DNA of 64,000 bases from NCBI GenBank assembly GCA_963668175.1, contig OY764159.1, forward strand, positions 1,344,001-1,408,000. Reading direction: 5' to 3'. A program made the translations under genes and the position numbers. Each line of letters begins with the position of its first letter. Position 1 is the first letter of the stretch. Below the pieces are notes generated by a model, which was not told the origin of the DNA, searched no databases, and saw nothing but the letters and a program-made list of their open reading frames with translations. Shown piece by piece: positions 10,616 to 19,382 of the stretch. The DNA comes from Syntrophales bacterium (GTDB taxonomy: Bacteria; Desulfobacterota; Syntrophia; Syntrophales; PHBD01).

Positions 10616-11428
10616 TCAGTCGTGGCGATGAATCAGATGGTGAGGATGGAGGTGGCTGTGGATCTCGCGGCCGTGATAATGGACATGCTCGTGGATGAGA
10701 TTGACCTTGAGGAGGAGATCGAGATCGTGGAGGATGTCGTCGGCGCTTCCTATGGCTTCCAGGCGGTGCTCTTCGGAAAGGACCGCCACGCGGCATTGAA
10801 GCTCGCTCACCAGCGACAGATCGTGCGTGGCGATCACGACGGTCTTTCCCGCTTCGCTGAGGGCGACGAGAAGTCCCATGAGGAAGCTCCTCGTCCGCGG
10901 GTCGAGACCGCCCGTCGGTTCGTCCAGAAGGAGGATGTCGGGATTCATCGTGAGCACCGAGGCGATGGCCACACGCTTCTTCTCGCCCCCGGAAAGCATG
11001 AAGGAGGGCCGGTCGGCGAGATGTCCTATCTCAAGCAGGGCCATGATATCAGAAACCCTTTGCTGTCTTTCCTGTTCGTCCATTTCGAGCTGCAGCGGCC
11101 CGAAGAGAAGTTCGTCCCTCACCGTGGGGCAGAAGAGCTGGACGTCCGAGTCCTGGAACAGGAATCCCATGCTGCTGCGGCAGTGTTTCAGGAACGCCCC
11201 GTCGCTTAAGTTTCCTTCCGTCAATTCCCGGCCCCGGAAGAAGACCCGGCCGCGGGAAGGTTTCAGCAAGCCGTTCATGATCTTGAGCAGGGAGGATTTA
11301 CCCGTGCCGTTGGAGCCGATGACGGCGAAACGGTCTCCCTCGCCGATGCTCAGGCTGATATCGTCGAGGGCGGGTATCAGGTCGCTGTAGCCGAAACGGA
11401 TCCCTTCCACTTTGATGATGTCCTTCAT
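10616..11428 (-). CDS. nikO: ECF-type Ni/Co transporter ATPase (NikO/CbiO) with His-rich tail
   Basis: Walker A GSNGTGKS, LSGGEKK, LLLDEP; ATGA overlap with the Q gene. Confidence 0.88.
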   Translation of the reverse strand: MKDIIKVEGIRFGYSDLIPALDDISLSIGEGDRFAVIGSNGTGKSSLLKIMNGLLKPSRGRVFFRGRELTEGNLSDGAFLKHCRSSMGFLFQDSDVQLFCPTVRDELLFGPLQLEMDEQERQQRVSDIMALLEIGHLADRPSFMLSGGEKKRVAIASVLTMNPDILLLDEPTGGLDPRTRSFLMGLLVALSEAGKTVVIATHDLSLVSELQCRVAVLSEEHRLEAIGSADDILHDLDLLLKVNLIHEHVHYHGREIHSHLHPHHLIHRHD

Positions 11429-12351
11429 ATCCATAGTAAAACAAACCCCGCCGTAAGAAATATGCAGCCGAAAAGCAGGCTGGGAACATCCGGGCGACCG
11501 AAGGCGCTGAGTTTCACTTCGTCGCGGAAGCCCCTGGACTGCATGGCCCGGAAAATCTCCTCGTAGCGCACCCGGCTCCTGCGGAACAGTGTGCCCAGCC
11601 TCCCGGCGACCCACGCTCTGGCCTCGACGTCGTCCGCGGCACCGGCCAGCCGGCTCTTCCGGGCGAGAAACATGTCGTCGATCGTCCTGGCCAGGATGAA
11701 GATATATTTGTGCGACAGCGTGACGATGAGGAGGAGCGTCTCCGGCACCTTAAAGACCTTCAGGGCTTTCACGAGGTCGCTGAAAGGCGTCGTCTGGACA
11801 ATAAGCGAGGCCGCCGCGATGGAGTTCAGTATCCGCAAATTCAGGAGGCATACGCCCTGCAGGCCCTGGGAGGTAATGCCGATTTCCCGGGGGAAGTGGT
11901 AAAGCCACCACTGGTGCGGTCTTGCGAGCTCGATTACGGGCAGAAGCATGTCGCCGGGGGTGACGACGTTGAACATGGCGGGGAAGGTCACAAGGAGGCC
12001 GAACAGAAGCGTGTATCGGAGAACACGGCCGTAGAAGCGGACAACACCGACGCCGGAGAAAACGGCCAGGACGGCAAGGGCGGCCGTGATGGCCAGTTCC
12101 GATACGATCTGCGTCTTGATGCTGACGAGAACGATGAAAAAGGCAAGGAACGCCACCTTGACCCGGGCATCGATCTTCTGGAGCCAGCCTCTCCCGGACA
12201 GACAGGACGGGTCGAAAAAACACTTCCCGATCATGGCGGAGACGCCGGCGATTCCGCGTTCGAGATAGGCATACCGGATGCGTCCACGGCCGCCTCCGAC
12301 AGCGGCAGGGCTGTTCTTTTCCAGGAGAAACGAGGGAAGGTTAACGTTCAC
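11425..12351 (-). CDS. nikQ: ECF transporter transmembrane T component (NikQ/CbiQ)
   Basis: LQKIDARVK, ARKSR and AMQSRGF motifs; multiple TM segments. Confidence 0.88.
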   Translation of the reverse strand: MNVNLPSFLLEKNSPAAVGGGRGRIRYAYLERGIAGVSAMIGKCFFDPSCLSGRGWLQKIDARVKVAFLAFFIVLVSIKTQIVSELAITAALAVLAVFSGVGVVRFYGRVLRYTLLFGLLVTFPAMFNVVTPGDMLLPVIELARPHQWWLYHFPREIGITSQGLQGVCLLNLRILNSIAAASLIVQTTPFSDLVKALKVFKVPETLLLIVTLSHKYIFILARTIDDMFLARKSRLAGAADDVEARAWVAGRLGTLFRRSRVRYEEIFRAMQSRGFRDEVKLSAFGRPDVPSLLFGCIFLTAGFVLLWI

Positions 12352-12676
12352 GGTTTTTCAGCACCTTTGCGATGATCACGGCAAATCCGCCGACGAGAAG
12401 GATGCCCAGGAGTCCCGACAGGATGTAACTTGCCGTCTGGACCGTTCCGGAGGCCTTCTCCCCCCAGAACTGGTAGTCGGCAACGGGGGCCTTCCAAAGC
12501 TCGGCCGTCCGTTTCAGGCCTTCCGGGACATAGCCGAGCATCTTCTCCAGGGTCTCGGTCCCCCATTCGCCCCAGGCGTCGCCGCTGCCGCACCATTGCG
12601 GAAGGACGAGGCCGATGGGGGATAACAGGGCCATCGCGAAAAGTCCGCCCAAAAGTTTTTTGTGAAATGGCTTCAT
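12341..12676 (-). CDS. PDGLE-type small membrane component (NikN-like)
   Basis: GDAWGEWG...YVPEGL...APVADY plus two TM helices; sits between nikM and nikQ. Confidence 0.75.
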   Translation of the reverse strand: MKPFHKKLLGGLFAMALLSPIGLVLPQWCGSGDAWGEWGTETLEKMLGYVPEGLKRTAELWKAPVADYQFWGEKASGTVQTASYILSGLLGILLVGGFAVIIAKVLKNRER

Positions 12677-12679
12677 GTT

Positions 12680-13360
12680 TCAGGTCCCTTTCAGGGCGTA
12701 AACGGCGCCGGGTTCGTTCTTCAGGAAATACCGGATCAGGAGGGCCGTCACGAGCCCTTCGATGATGCTGAAAAGGAAAAGGTGTTCCGCCGCCATCACC
12801 GGCAGAGCGATAGAAAGCGGATAGGGTGCGTAAAGGGGCCTTCCGTCCGGGCCGCCGGCAATAACGGGCTGAATGCCGAACAGAAAGGCCGCACCGATGG
12901 CGGCTACGAGGAGGCTGACATAGCCGGCAATAAAAGCGGCGGTCACGGTTCTCTTTGCGGTCCGGTTTCCGCCCCCGATCAGGCGGAAAAGCCATGACGC
13001 CGTAAAAGGCATGACGACGGCCATGGTGAGGATGTTGGCCCCGATGGCCGTGATGCCCCCATCCCCGAAGACGAAGGCCTGGATGATGAGGACCACCGAC
13101 ATGGCCACAACGGCCGTCCACGGGCCGAGAAGAAGGGCTACGACGGCCGCGCCGACGGCGTGGCCTGTAGTACCCCCCGGAATCGGAATATTGAACATCT
13201 GGATGAGGAAGGCAAAAGCAGCCGCCATGGCGAAATAGGGTACCTGCCCCGACGAAACCTCGGTGCGTATCTTCTTCAGTCCGATACCGAGGAATGCCGC
13301 TGCGCCGATATAGCAGGGTACGTAGGTTTGCGGGCTCAGGTAGCCGTCGGGAATGTGCAT
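12680..13360 (-). CDS. nikM: ECF S component NikM/CbiM (nickel-type N-terminus)
   Basis: MHIPDGYL N-terminus, PGGTTGH, GDGGITAIGAN. Confidence 0.9.
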   Translation of the reverse strand: MHIPDGYLSPQTYVPCYIGAAAFLGIGLKKIRTEVSSGQVPYFAMAAAFAFLIQMFNIPIPGGTTGHAVGAAVVALLLGPWTAVVAMSVVLIIQAFVFGDGGITAIGANILTMAVVMPFTASWLFRLIGGGNRTAKRTVTAAFIAGYVSLLVAAIGAAFLFGIQPVIAGGPDGRPLYAPYPLSIALPVMAAEHLFLFSIIEGLVTALLIRYFLKNEPGAVYALKGT

Positions 13361-13375
13361 TTTTCTTTTTCCTCT

Positions 13376-13402
13376 GTGTTACATTGGATATATTCGTGTT
13401 AC
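13376..13402. promoter_or_regulatory. Candidate NikR operator before nikM
   Basis: Perfect direct repeat GTGTTAC-N13-GTGTTAC. Confidence 0.7.
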
Positions 13403-13418
13403 TTCACGGGCAAAAAAA

Positions 13419-13835
13419 TTATTCGATCTCCTTGCCCGTGCTGGACATGCTGAGGGAGCCGTGCCGGATGCCTTTGACGGCAGTGAGCATGTCGGAGAGC
13501 CGCTTGACCTCCTTGGCCCTTCCTCTTACGGCGACGATTTCCAGACAATTGTCGTGGTCCAGGTGAATATGCTGGGTCGAAATGATCAGTTTTTGGAAGT
13601 CGTGCTGGATGTCGGTGATTTTATTAAGCAAATCTCTTTGGTGGTGATCGAAGATAAATGTAATGGCCCCGGCCACCTCCCGGTTTTCCTGCCATTCCTT
13701 TCTGACCAGTTCCTGGCGGATCAGGTCGCGGAAGGCCTCGGAGCGGCTTGCGTATCTCTTTTCCCGGATCAGGCGGTCGAAGCGGTCGAGCAGCACCTTG
13801 TCCAGGGAGACGCCGAATCTCACAATTTCGGACAT
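13419..13835 (-). CDS. nikR: Nickel-responsive regulator NikR
   Basis: RFGVSL ribbon, SRSEAFRDLIR, QH..HIHLDHDNCLE nickel site. Confidence 0.95.
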   Translation of the reverse strand: MSEIVRFGVSLDKVLLDRFDRLIREKRYASRSEAFRDLIRQELVRKEWQENREVAGAITFIFDHHQRDLLNKITDIQHDFQKLIISTQHIHLDHDNCLEIVAVRGRAKEVKRLSDMLTAVKGIRHGSLSMSSTGKEIE

Positions 13836-13848
13836 CGGGCACCATCCC

Positions 13849-13876
13849 GTAACACGTATTTGACTACTAATAACAC
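13849..13876. promoter_or_regulatory. Candidate NikR autoregulatory operator
   Basis: GTAACAC-N14-ATAACAC (minus strand GTGTTAT-N14-GTGTTAC) just upstream of nikR. Confidence 0.6.
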
Positions 13877-13991
13877 AGAGGAAATACCCTGTCCAGCAAA
13901 AAAAGACTACCCATCGTTACAATGACTGTGATATGATCCCGCAATTCCTGATGAATTCATGGAATGGAACGAGGTGCTGCAAGAATAAGCC

Positions 13992-14399
13992 ATGAGATGT
14001 CTCATTGTCGAGGATGACGCGGTCTGCAGTAAAATGATGTGGGGCCTGCTCGAACCTTATGCCCGGTGCGATATCGCCGTTACCGGGAAAGAAGCTGTCG
14101 CCGCTTTTCGCTCGGCCATTGAGGAGAAGAGTCCCTATCATCTGATGCTCCTCGACATCATGATGCCGGAGATGGACGGGCACGAGACCATACGGCAGAT
14201 CAGGAAGATCGAAGAGTACGAACTCAGCCGGATTTACCCCAAGGGCATCAAGATCATCATGACGACGGCCCTCGACGACCTGGAAAACGTCCGGCGCGCC
14301 TTCCGGTCCCTTTGCGACTCCTATCTCGTCAAGCCGATCGACGAGGAGACGCTGTTCAGCGAAATCCGTACCATGTACCCCTGCTTCGCCCTGCCCTGA
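13992..14399 (+). CDS. Stand-alone response regulator receiver (CheY-like)
   Basis: LIVEDD, LLDIMMPEMDG, IIMTTA, YLVKP. Confidence 0.9.
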   Translation: MRCLIVEDDAVCSKMMWGLLEPYARCDIAVTGKEAVAAFRSAIEEKSPYHLMLLDIMMPEMDGHETIRQIRKIEEYELSRIYPKGIKIIMTTALDDLENVRRAFRSLCDSYLVKPIDEETLFSEIRTMYPCFALP

Positions 14400-14525
14400 A
14401 GAACGCCCGCCGGAAACGCCATTTTCTTCCGAAGACCCAGAATCTTAGAAGGACTGCCCCGTCTTCTTTTTCCCGTAATTCAGATTGACTTACCTCCCCC
14501 ATTATTATATGACGCGCATGCACCA

Positions 14526-14658
14526 TGTGACAAAAATGACATATGTCTGATCCGGCATAACCGTTTCGCGTGGAAAAGCCTTATTTATCAGGCAAATAAA
14601 GACATGCAACGTTCGGCTTGCGCATAGACCGGGGTTGTTATATGTTAAATTTAATATA
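14526..14658. promoter_or_regulatory. Cluster of ModE-type boxes and modB promoter
   Basis: TGTGACAAAAATGACATA (14526-14543), TATGTCTGATCCGGCATA (14542-14559), TATGTTAAATTTAATATA (14641-14658); the last overlaps the -10 of TTGCGC-N17-TATGTT. Confidence 0.6.
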
Positions 14659-14880
14659 GATCTGGTATGATGGAAAGGGCCGTGGCGATGCAGACTGTTG
14701 ACGGCGCCTCCATTTTTTCATGCCGGAGATGAGCGGTTTCCTGTCGAACCCGTAACGATGCGTCGTGGTGAACAGGCGACAGCCTGTCGCGCGTGGGTTC
14801 CAGCAGTAATCGGGACATGTATCAGCGTTACGATCCTCGCGCCTGAGGTTCCGAGGATTAAGAGGGAGGATAACGGCGAA

Positions 14881-15531
14881 ATGGATTACCTCTCGCTTTT
14901 CGTTTCGTTCAAACTGGCCGTCGTTACGACGGTTCTGCTCATGGTCCTGGCAGCACCCCTGGCCTATTTTCTGGCCTATACCCGTTTTCCCGGGAAAGCG
15001 ATGGTCGAGGCCCTGATGAACCTGCCCCTGGTCTTGCCCCCGACGGTTCTCGGCTTTTATCTGCTCGTGCTGATGGGGCCCCGCGGCTGGGGAGGACGCC
15101 TGTGGGATGCCGCGGGCGGCGGTCCTCTCCTTTTCACGTTCAGCGGTATCGTCGTTGCCTCTCTTCTTTACAGCGTTCCATTCGCCATTCAGCCGATGAA
15201 GGCCGCCTTTGAGAAGATCGACCGCCGCTTACTCGAAAATGCCTATGTCCTGGGGCTTTCACGGACGAAAGCCTTTCTTCGCGTTATTATCCCCAACAGC
15301 ATAAGCGGTATCGCTGCCAGTGCGATTCTCGTCTTTCTGCACAGTCTCGGTGCCTTCGGCGTTCTTCTGATGGTGGGGGGCAGTATCCCGGGAGAGACGA
15401 AGGTCGCGTCGATTGCGATCTACGAGGCCGTGGAGACCATGAAATACAACGAGGCTGCCATGATGTCCCTCTGCTTTATTCCCATAAGTTACGGTTTTCT
15501 TCTCTTGATGAACAGACTGAACCGGGAGTAG
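14881..15531 (+). CDS. modB: Molybdate ABC transporter permease
   Basis: LPLVLPPTVLGFYLL, EAA-like loop, GGSIPGET; GGAGG RBS before ATG 14881. Confidence 0.92.
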   Translation: MDYLSLFVSFKLAVVTTVLLMVLAAPLAYFLAYTRFPGKAMVEALMNLPLVLPPTVLGFYLLVLMGPRGWGGRLWDAAGGGPLLFTFSGIVVASLLYSVPFAIQPMKAAFEKIDRRLLENAYVLGLSRTKAFLRVIIPNSISGIAASAILVFLHSLGAFGVLLMVGGSIPGETKVASIAIYEAVETMKYNEAAMMSLCFIPISYGFLLLMNRLNRE

Positions 15532-15534
15532 TGC

Positions 15535-16248
15535 ATGATACTGCAAGTTGTTTTGAAGAAAAAACGGGAATATATCGATATCGACATGTCCTTCTCCTGC
15601 GGCGAAGAGAGCCTGCTGGTCCTGATCGGACCCTCGGGCGGGGGCAAGTCGTCCATCATCCGCATGATATCGGGATTGGACAAGCCGGATTCGGGGAGCA
15701 TCACCTTCGGCGGCGAGACCTGGTACGATTTCGACCGCCGGGTATTCGTGCCGCCGCAGAAGCGGCGCCTGGGTTATGTTTTCCAGGATTATACGCTTTT
15801 TCCCCATCTCACGCTTTATGAAAACGCCGCCTTTGCCGCCGTCGACAGGAATGAAGTGGAAGGGCTTCTGGAATTCTTCGGCATCGCCCATCTCCGCGGC
15901 CAAAAGCCCCAAAATGTTTCCGGGGGGGAGCGTCAGCGCTGCGCCATCTGTCAGGCCCTGGCCCGGAAACCCCAGGTGCTGCTTCTTGACGAGCCCTTTT
16001 CCGCCCTGGACGTCATTACGCGCCGGTTCCTGCGTGAGGAACTGAAGCGCATGAAAGATAAGCTGTCCATCCCCTTTGTGTATGTGACGCATGATATCGG
16101 CGAGGCGCTTTTTCTCGCCGATGAAATCCTGCCCATCGTCGACGGCAGGATAGACAAAGGCTGGATGCAACGGACCATCACCCGTGAAACCGCTGCGGGC
16201 GTATCGGCAAAGGCAACCCGGGAGCCGCGTCTCTCCCTGGTCTATTGA
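15535..16248 (+). CDS. modC: Molybdate ABC transporter ATPase (no TOBE domain)
   Basis: GPSGGGKS, VPPQKRRLGYVFQDY, SGGERQR, LLLDEPFSALD. Confidence 0.88.
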   Translation: MILQVVLKKKREYIDIDMSFSCGEESLLVLIGPSGGGKSSIIRMISGLDKPDSGSITFGGETWYDFDRRVFVPPQKRRLGYVFQDYTLFPHLTLYENAAFAAVDRNEVEGLLEFFGIAHLRGQKPQNVSGGERQRCAICQALARKPQVLLLDEPFSALDVITRRFLREELKRMKDKLSIPFVYVTHDIGEALFLADEILPIVDGRIDKGWMQRTITRETAAGVSAKATREPRLSLVY

Positions 16249-16270
16249 AGCATAGGAGATGCAACGAACT

Positions 16271-16861
16271 ATGAATATCGGTACCTATTCCTACGAAGAG
16301 TATGTCCATCTCGTAAAATCGTTTCACGGCAGCCTGGCACCGGGGCTTGTCATCGGCGGTTTCATGGTCGATCTCGCCTTGAAGAACCTGCCCGACGGGG
16401 AGTTCTTCGACGCCATCTGCGAGACGTCGGTCTGTCTTCCCGATGCCGTCCAGTTGTTGACGCCTTGCACGACCGGCAACGGCTGGCTGAAGGTCCTCGA
16501 TTTCGGCCGTTTTGCCGTCACCCTGTACGACAAGGCCGGCGGCCGGGGCATCCGGGTTTACCTGGATATGGGCAAACTGGCGGCATGGTCGGAAGTCAAG
16601 GCCTGGTTCATGAAGCAGAAGACGAAGAAGGAGCAGGATTTCGATTTGCTGATGAGCCAGATCAAGGAAGCCGGGCACGGGATGTTCAGCATACAGACGG
16701 TATACGTGGAGCCGCAGAAACTGGCGCGGCCGAGACTGGGACCGGTAGTAATCTGTCCTTCCTGCGGGGAGGCCTATCCCGCGAGGGACGGCGGACGCTG
16801 CCGCGCCTGCGCCGGCGAATCGCCCTTCATCGAACCCGCCAGCCGGCGGCAGGCACTTTAA
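16271..16861 (+). CDS. FmdE/FwdE-family protein with C-terminal zinc finger
   Basis: FHGSLAPG, CLPDAVQLLTPCTTGNG, CPSCGE..CRAC; alternative start at 16259. Confidence 0.85.
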   Translation: MNIGTYSYEEYVHLVKSFHGSLAPGLVIGGFMVDLALKNLPDGEFFDAICETSVCLPDAVQLLTPCTTGNGWLKVLDFGRFAVTLYDKAGGRGIRVYLDMGKLAAWSEVKAWFMKQKTKKEQDFDLLMSQIKEAGHGMFSIQTVYVEPQKLARPRLGPVVICPSCGEAYPARDGGRCRACAGESPFIEPASRRQAL

Positions 16862-17748
16862 GCGAAGACGTTCCAGATCATATCCGTCATCGGCTGAAAG
16901 CCTTTGTCCTGCATGATCATGTCCAGATGGATCAGGGCGAGGGCCGCAACCTCAACGTCGTAATCGTTGAGATTGTCGGAACGGTTCAGCGTGATCAGGT
17001 ACTTCTTGCAGTGATCGCAACTGAAGGCCGATTCCTGGCTCCTGTCGTCGATGTAAAAGAAGTCCATGCCGGCGGGGGACTCTTTTTCGCAGAAGGGGCA
17101 GATGACCCTGCTGAAGCGCCATTCGTAGGCGCACCTTGAGCAATGAAGCCAGCGCTGTCCTTCTTTATCCTTTATCACAGCCACCGCGGGCAGGGAACCG
17201 CAGATCGGGCAGTACCCCTTTTCCCAGGTGAATTCTTTCAATAAAGCGGAGGTCTCCTCCGCCCGCCTCTGCAGGATGACCGCGGCCGTGTATCTGAAAA
17301 GGAGGTGGACGACCGCCGGCGCCGTCCCGCATGCTTCCGCTTCCCGCTCAGCCGTTTCGAGGGGTTGCCGGCAATAGGCACGAAGCGTTTCGATAAGCTT
17401 CATTCCTTCGCTTCCGATCTCCTTTTCCAATACGTCCAACTCATCGGTAAGTTGAGGCATCCCTTCCCGTATTGCCGCAATGAGGGTCAGGGCCGCTGAC
17501 GCCGCCTGATTCCCGACATCAAAGAGATCGCACTGGGAAACGACCGGCACACCGCCGTAAAGCCTTTCCCTCTCGATACCGGTGCAGTCCGCCGCCGGCA
17601 GCGAAAGCTTTGCCAGAAGACGAGCTTTCTCAATCAGAATGGGTTTAAAGGCGGTGATGATCGCCCTTGCCTGGGGGATCTTTTCGGCGGCCTGGTCGAT
17701 GATCCTCTCTAGCCTCGCGGCCGCTTCATCGGTATGATGCGTGTTCAT
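16858..17748 (-). CDS. fdhE: Formate dehydrogenase accessory protein FdhE
   Basis: CPICGSLP, RWLHCSRC, CPFC, CDHCKKY, HLD motifs; downstream of the fdn operon. Confidence 0.9.
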   Translation of the reverse strand: MNTHHTDEAAARLERIIDQAAEKIPQARAIITAFKPILIEKARLLAKLSLPAADCTGIERERLYGGVPVVSQCDLFDVGNQAASAALTLIAAIREGMPQLTDELDVLEKEIGSEGMKLIETLRAYCRQPLETAEREAEACGTAPAVVHLLFRYTAAVILQRRAEETSALLKEFTWEKGYCPICGSLPAVAVIKDKEGQRWLHCSRCAYEWRFSRVICPFCEKESPAGMDFFYIDDRSQESAFSCDHCKKYLITLNRSDNLNDYDVEVAALALIHLDMIMQDKGFQPMTDMIWNVFA

Positions 17749-17794
17749 CCTTTTTCGCCTCTCCGGCGCCTGGAGGGTATTTGACCGCTCCGGC

Positions 17795-17830
17795 AAAAAG
17801 ATACCCCCGGCGACGTTTTGTCGCCGGGGG
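17795..17830 (-). terminator. Hairpin/terminator between fdnI and fdhE
   Basis: CCCCCGGCGAC-GTTTT-GTCGCCGGGGG (17804-17830); followed on the minus strand by TATCTTTTT. Confidence 0.6.
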
Positions 17831-17885
17831 AGAGATCGTTTCTAACATCTATAACGCGGATGCATGCAAATGACAAGGCCTGTCA

Positions 17886-18816
17886 TCCGCCTAGTGGCCG
17901 TGGGCCGATTTCTTCTCTTCGCCGTAGACGACAAGCTTCCCTTCGTGCTCCATCTCCTTCAACCACTTGGGGTGCTGCTTGGCAAGCCACGCCCGCGTCA
18001 CCCAGCCCGTCAGCATCGCCGGCAACGATCCCGGCGATCCCACCGTCCCCAGGTACAGATGGACGAAGAAAAAGGCAAAGACCGCCACGAATCCCAGCGC
18101 ATGGAGCACGAACAGCCACCTTACCAGCCATGACGGAAAGCTCAAGGGAAACCACATGACGAGGCCCGTCAGCACCATGACCACGCCGAAGCCCGCCACC
18201 ACCAGGAAGAACATCTTCTGACCCGGATTGTACTTCCCCACTTCCGGAACCTTGTCCACATGCCAGACGTACCCGCCCCCGCACATGATCCAGTCCAGGT
18301 CCTCGGGCATCGAAAAAATGCCCGCCTCCTTCCACCACATCCCGATCGTGAACGCCAGGGCAAAGGCGAAAAAGACCCCCGTAAAGTTGTGAACGTACTT
18401 CAACGATTTCAACCCGCCCATGATGTCGCCGATGAAGTTCAGCGAATGGAACATCATCCCCAGTCCCGTAATGCACAGGATCAGGCAGGAAGCGGCCAAA
18501 GACCAGTGGACGATCCTTTCAAAGGCGTCCGTTACCTGAATAAGTCCTTTTCTCATGGTTATTCACCTCCTTTGCCGTTGTCTCGGGGCTCTTCGTCGGG
18601 CAGTTTCGGCCCGTGGATGATGTAATGCAGGAACGAGCCCGCTATCACGCCGCCCGCCGCAATCAAGCTGAGCGGCTTCAGGAAGTCCTTCCAGAGAACG
18701 ACCGCCAGCGGCACCGACGGGCTCGTCGGCAGCTTGTCGTACACGGACGGCTTCTCGTCCAGGACGTACATCACGTGCGTCCCCTTGACGAACTTGTCCC
18801 CGTATACGTTCGCGTC
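17886..18816 (-). repeat. 931-bp near-identical inverted repeat, copy 1 (3' fdnH + fdnI)
   Basis: Reverse complement of 38144-39074 with few mismatches. Confidence 0.9.
17891..18556 (-). CDS. fdnI: Formate dehydrogenase gamma subunit (cytochrome b)
   Basis: ERIVHW, GKYNPGQK, HLYLG, WLAKQHPKW; four TM helices. Confidence 0.92.
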   Translation of the reverse strand: MRKGLIQVTDAFERIVHWSLAASCLILCITGLGMMFHSLNFIGDIMGGLKSLKYVHNFTGVFFAFALAFTIGMWWKEAGIFSMPEDLDWIMCGGGYVWHVDKVPEVGKYNPGQKMFFLVVAGFGVVMVLTGLVMWFPLSFPSWLVRWLFVLHALGFVAVFAFFFVHLYLGTVGSPGSLPAMLTGWVTRAWLAKQHPKWLKEMEHEGKLVVYGEEKKSAHGH

Positions 18817-19371
18817 CTCACGCCCCTGGCTTTTCAGCTCTTCCACGCGCTTGTAAGCCTTCTTGATCATGCCATCCTTGCCGCCGATGGTGAGTGCGCC
18901 CGTCGGACAAGATTTGACGCAGGCCGGGGTGAGGCCTTCCATGAGCCGGTTATAACAGAGGTCGCATTTATAGATTCTATCGGTTGTCCGGTCGTACTTC
19001 GGGACTTCGAAGGGGCAGGCGGATGTACATTCCTTGCAGCCGATGCACAGATCCTTTTTGAGGCCTACCGTTCCGAAGTCCGTGTGGTAAAGGGCGCCGC
19101 TCGGACAGACCTTGACGCAGGCGGCGTCGGTGCAGTGCATGCAGCCGTCCTTTCGGAAGAGCCACTTGAAGGCGCCTTTGCTGTCTTCGTACTCCTGAAA
19201 GCGGATCAGCGTCCATGTATTCCACTGCAGGTCGGGCGGATTCTGATAACTGCCCCACTGACGTGTCCGGAGGCCCGGCATTTCGTTCCACTGCTTGCAG
19301 GCGACCTGACAGCCGCGGCAGGCAGTGCACTTTGTCGTATCGATCAGTTTTACAAGTTCGGTTCCTTTCAT
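18559..19371 (-). CDS. fdnH: Formate dehydrogenase beta (Fe-S) subunit
   Basis: CTACRGCQVACKQWN, CMHCTDAAC, CIGCKEC, KCDLC; C-terminal TM. Confidence 0.93.
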   Translation of the reverse strand: MKGTELVKLIDTTKCTACRGCQVACKQWNEMPGLRTRQWGSYQNPPDLQWNTWTLIRFQEYEDSKGAFKWLFRKDGCMHCTDAACVKVCPSGALYHTDFGTVGLKKDLCIGCKECTSACPFEVPKYDRTTDRIYKCDLCYNRLMEGLTPACVKSCPTGALTIGGKDGMIKKAYKRVEELKSQGREDANVYGDKFVKGTHVMYVLDEKPSVYDKLPTSPSVPLAVVLWKDFLKPLSLIAAGGVIAGSFLHYIIHGPKLPDEEPRDNGKGGE

Positions 19372-19382
19372 AGCCTCTTCTC

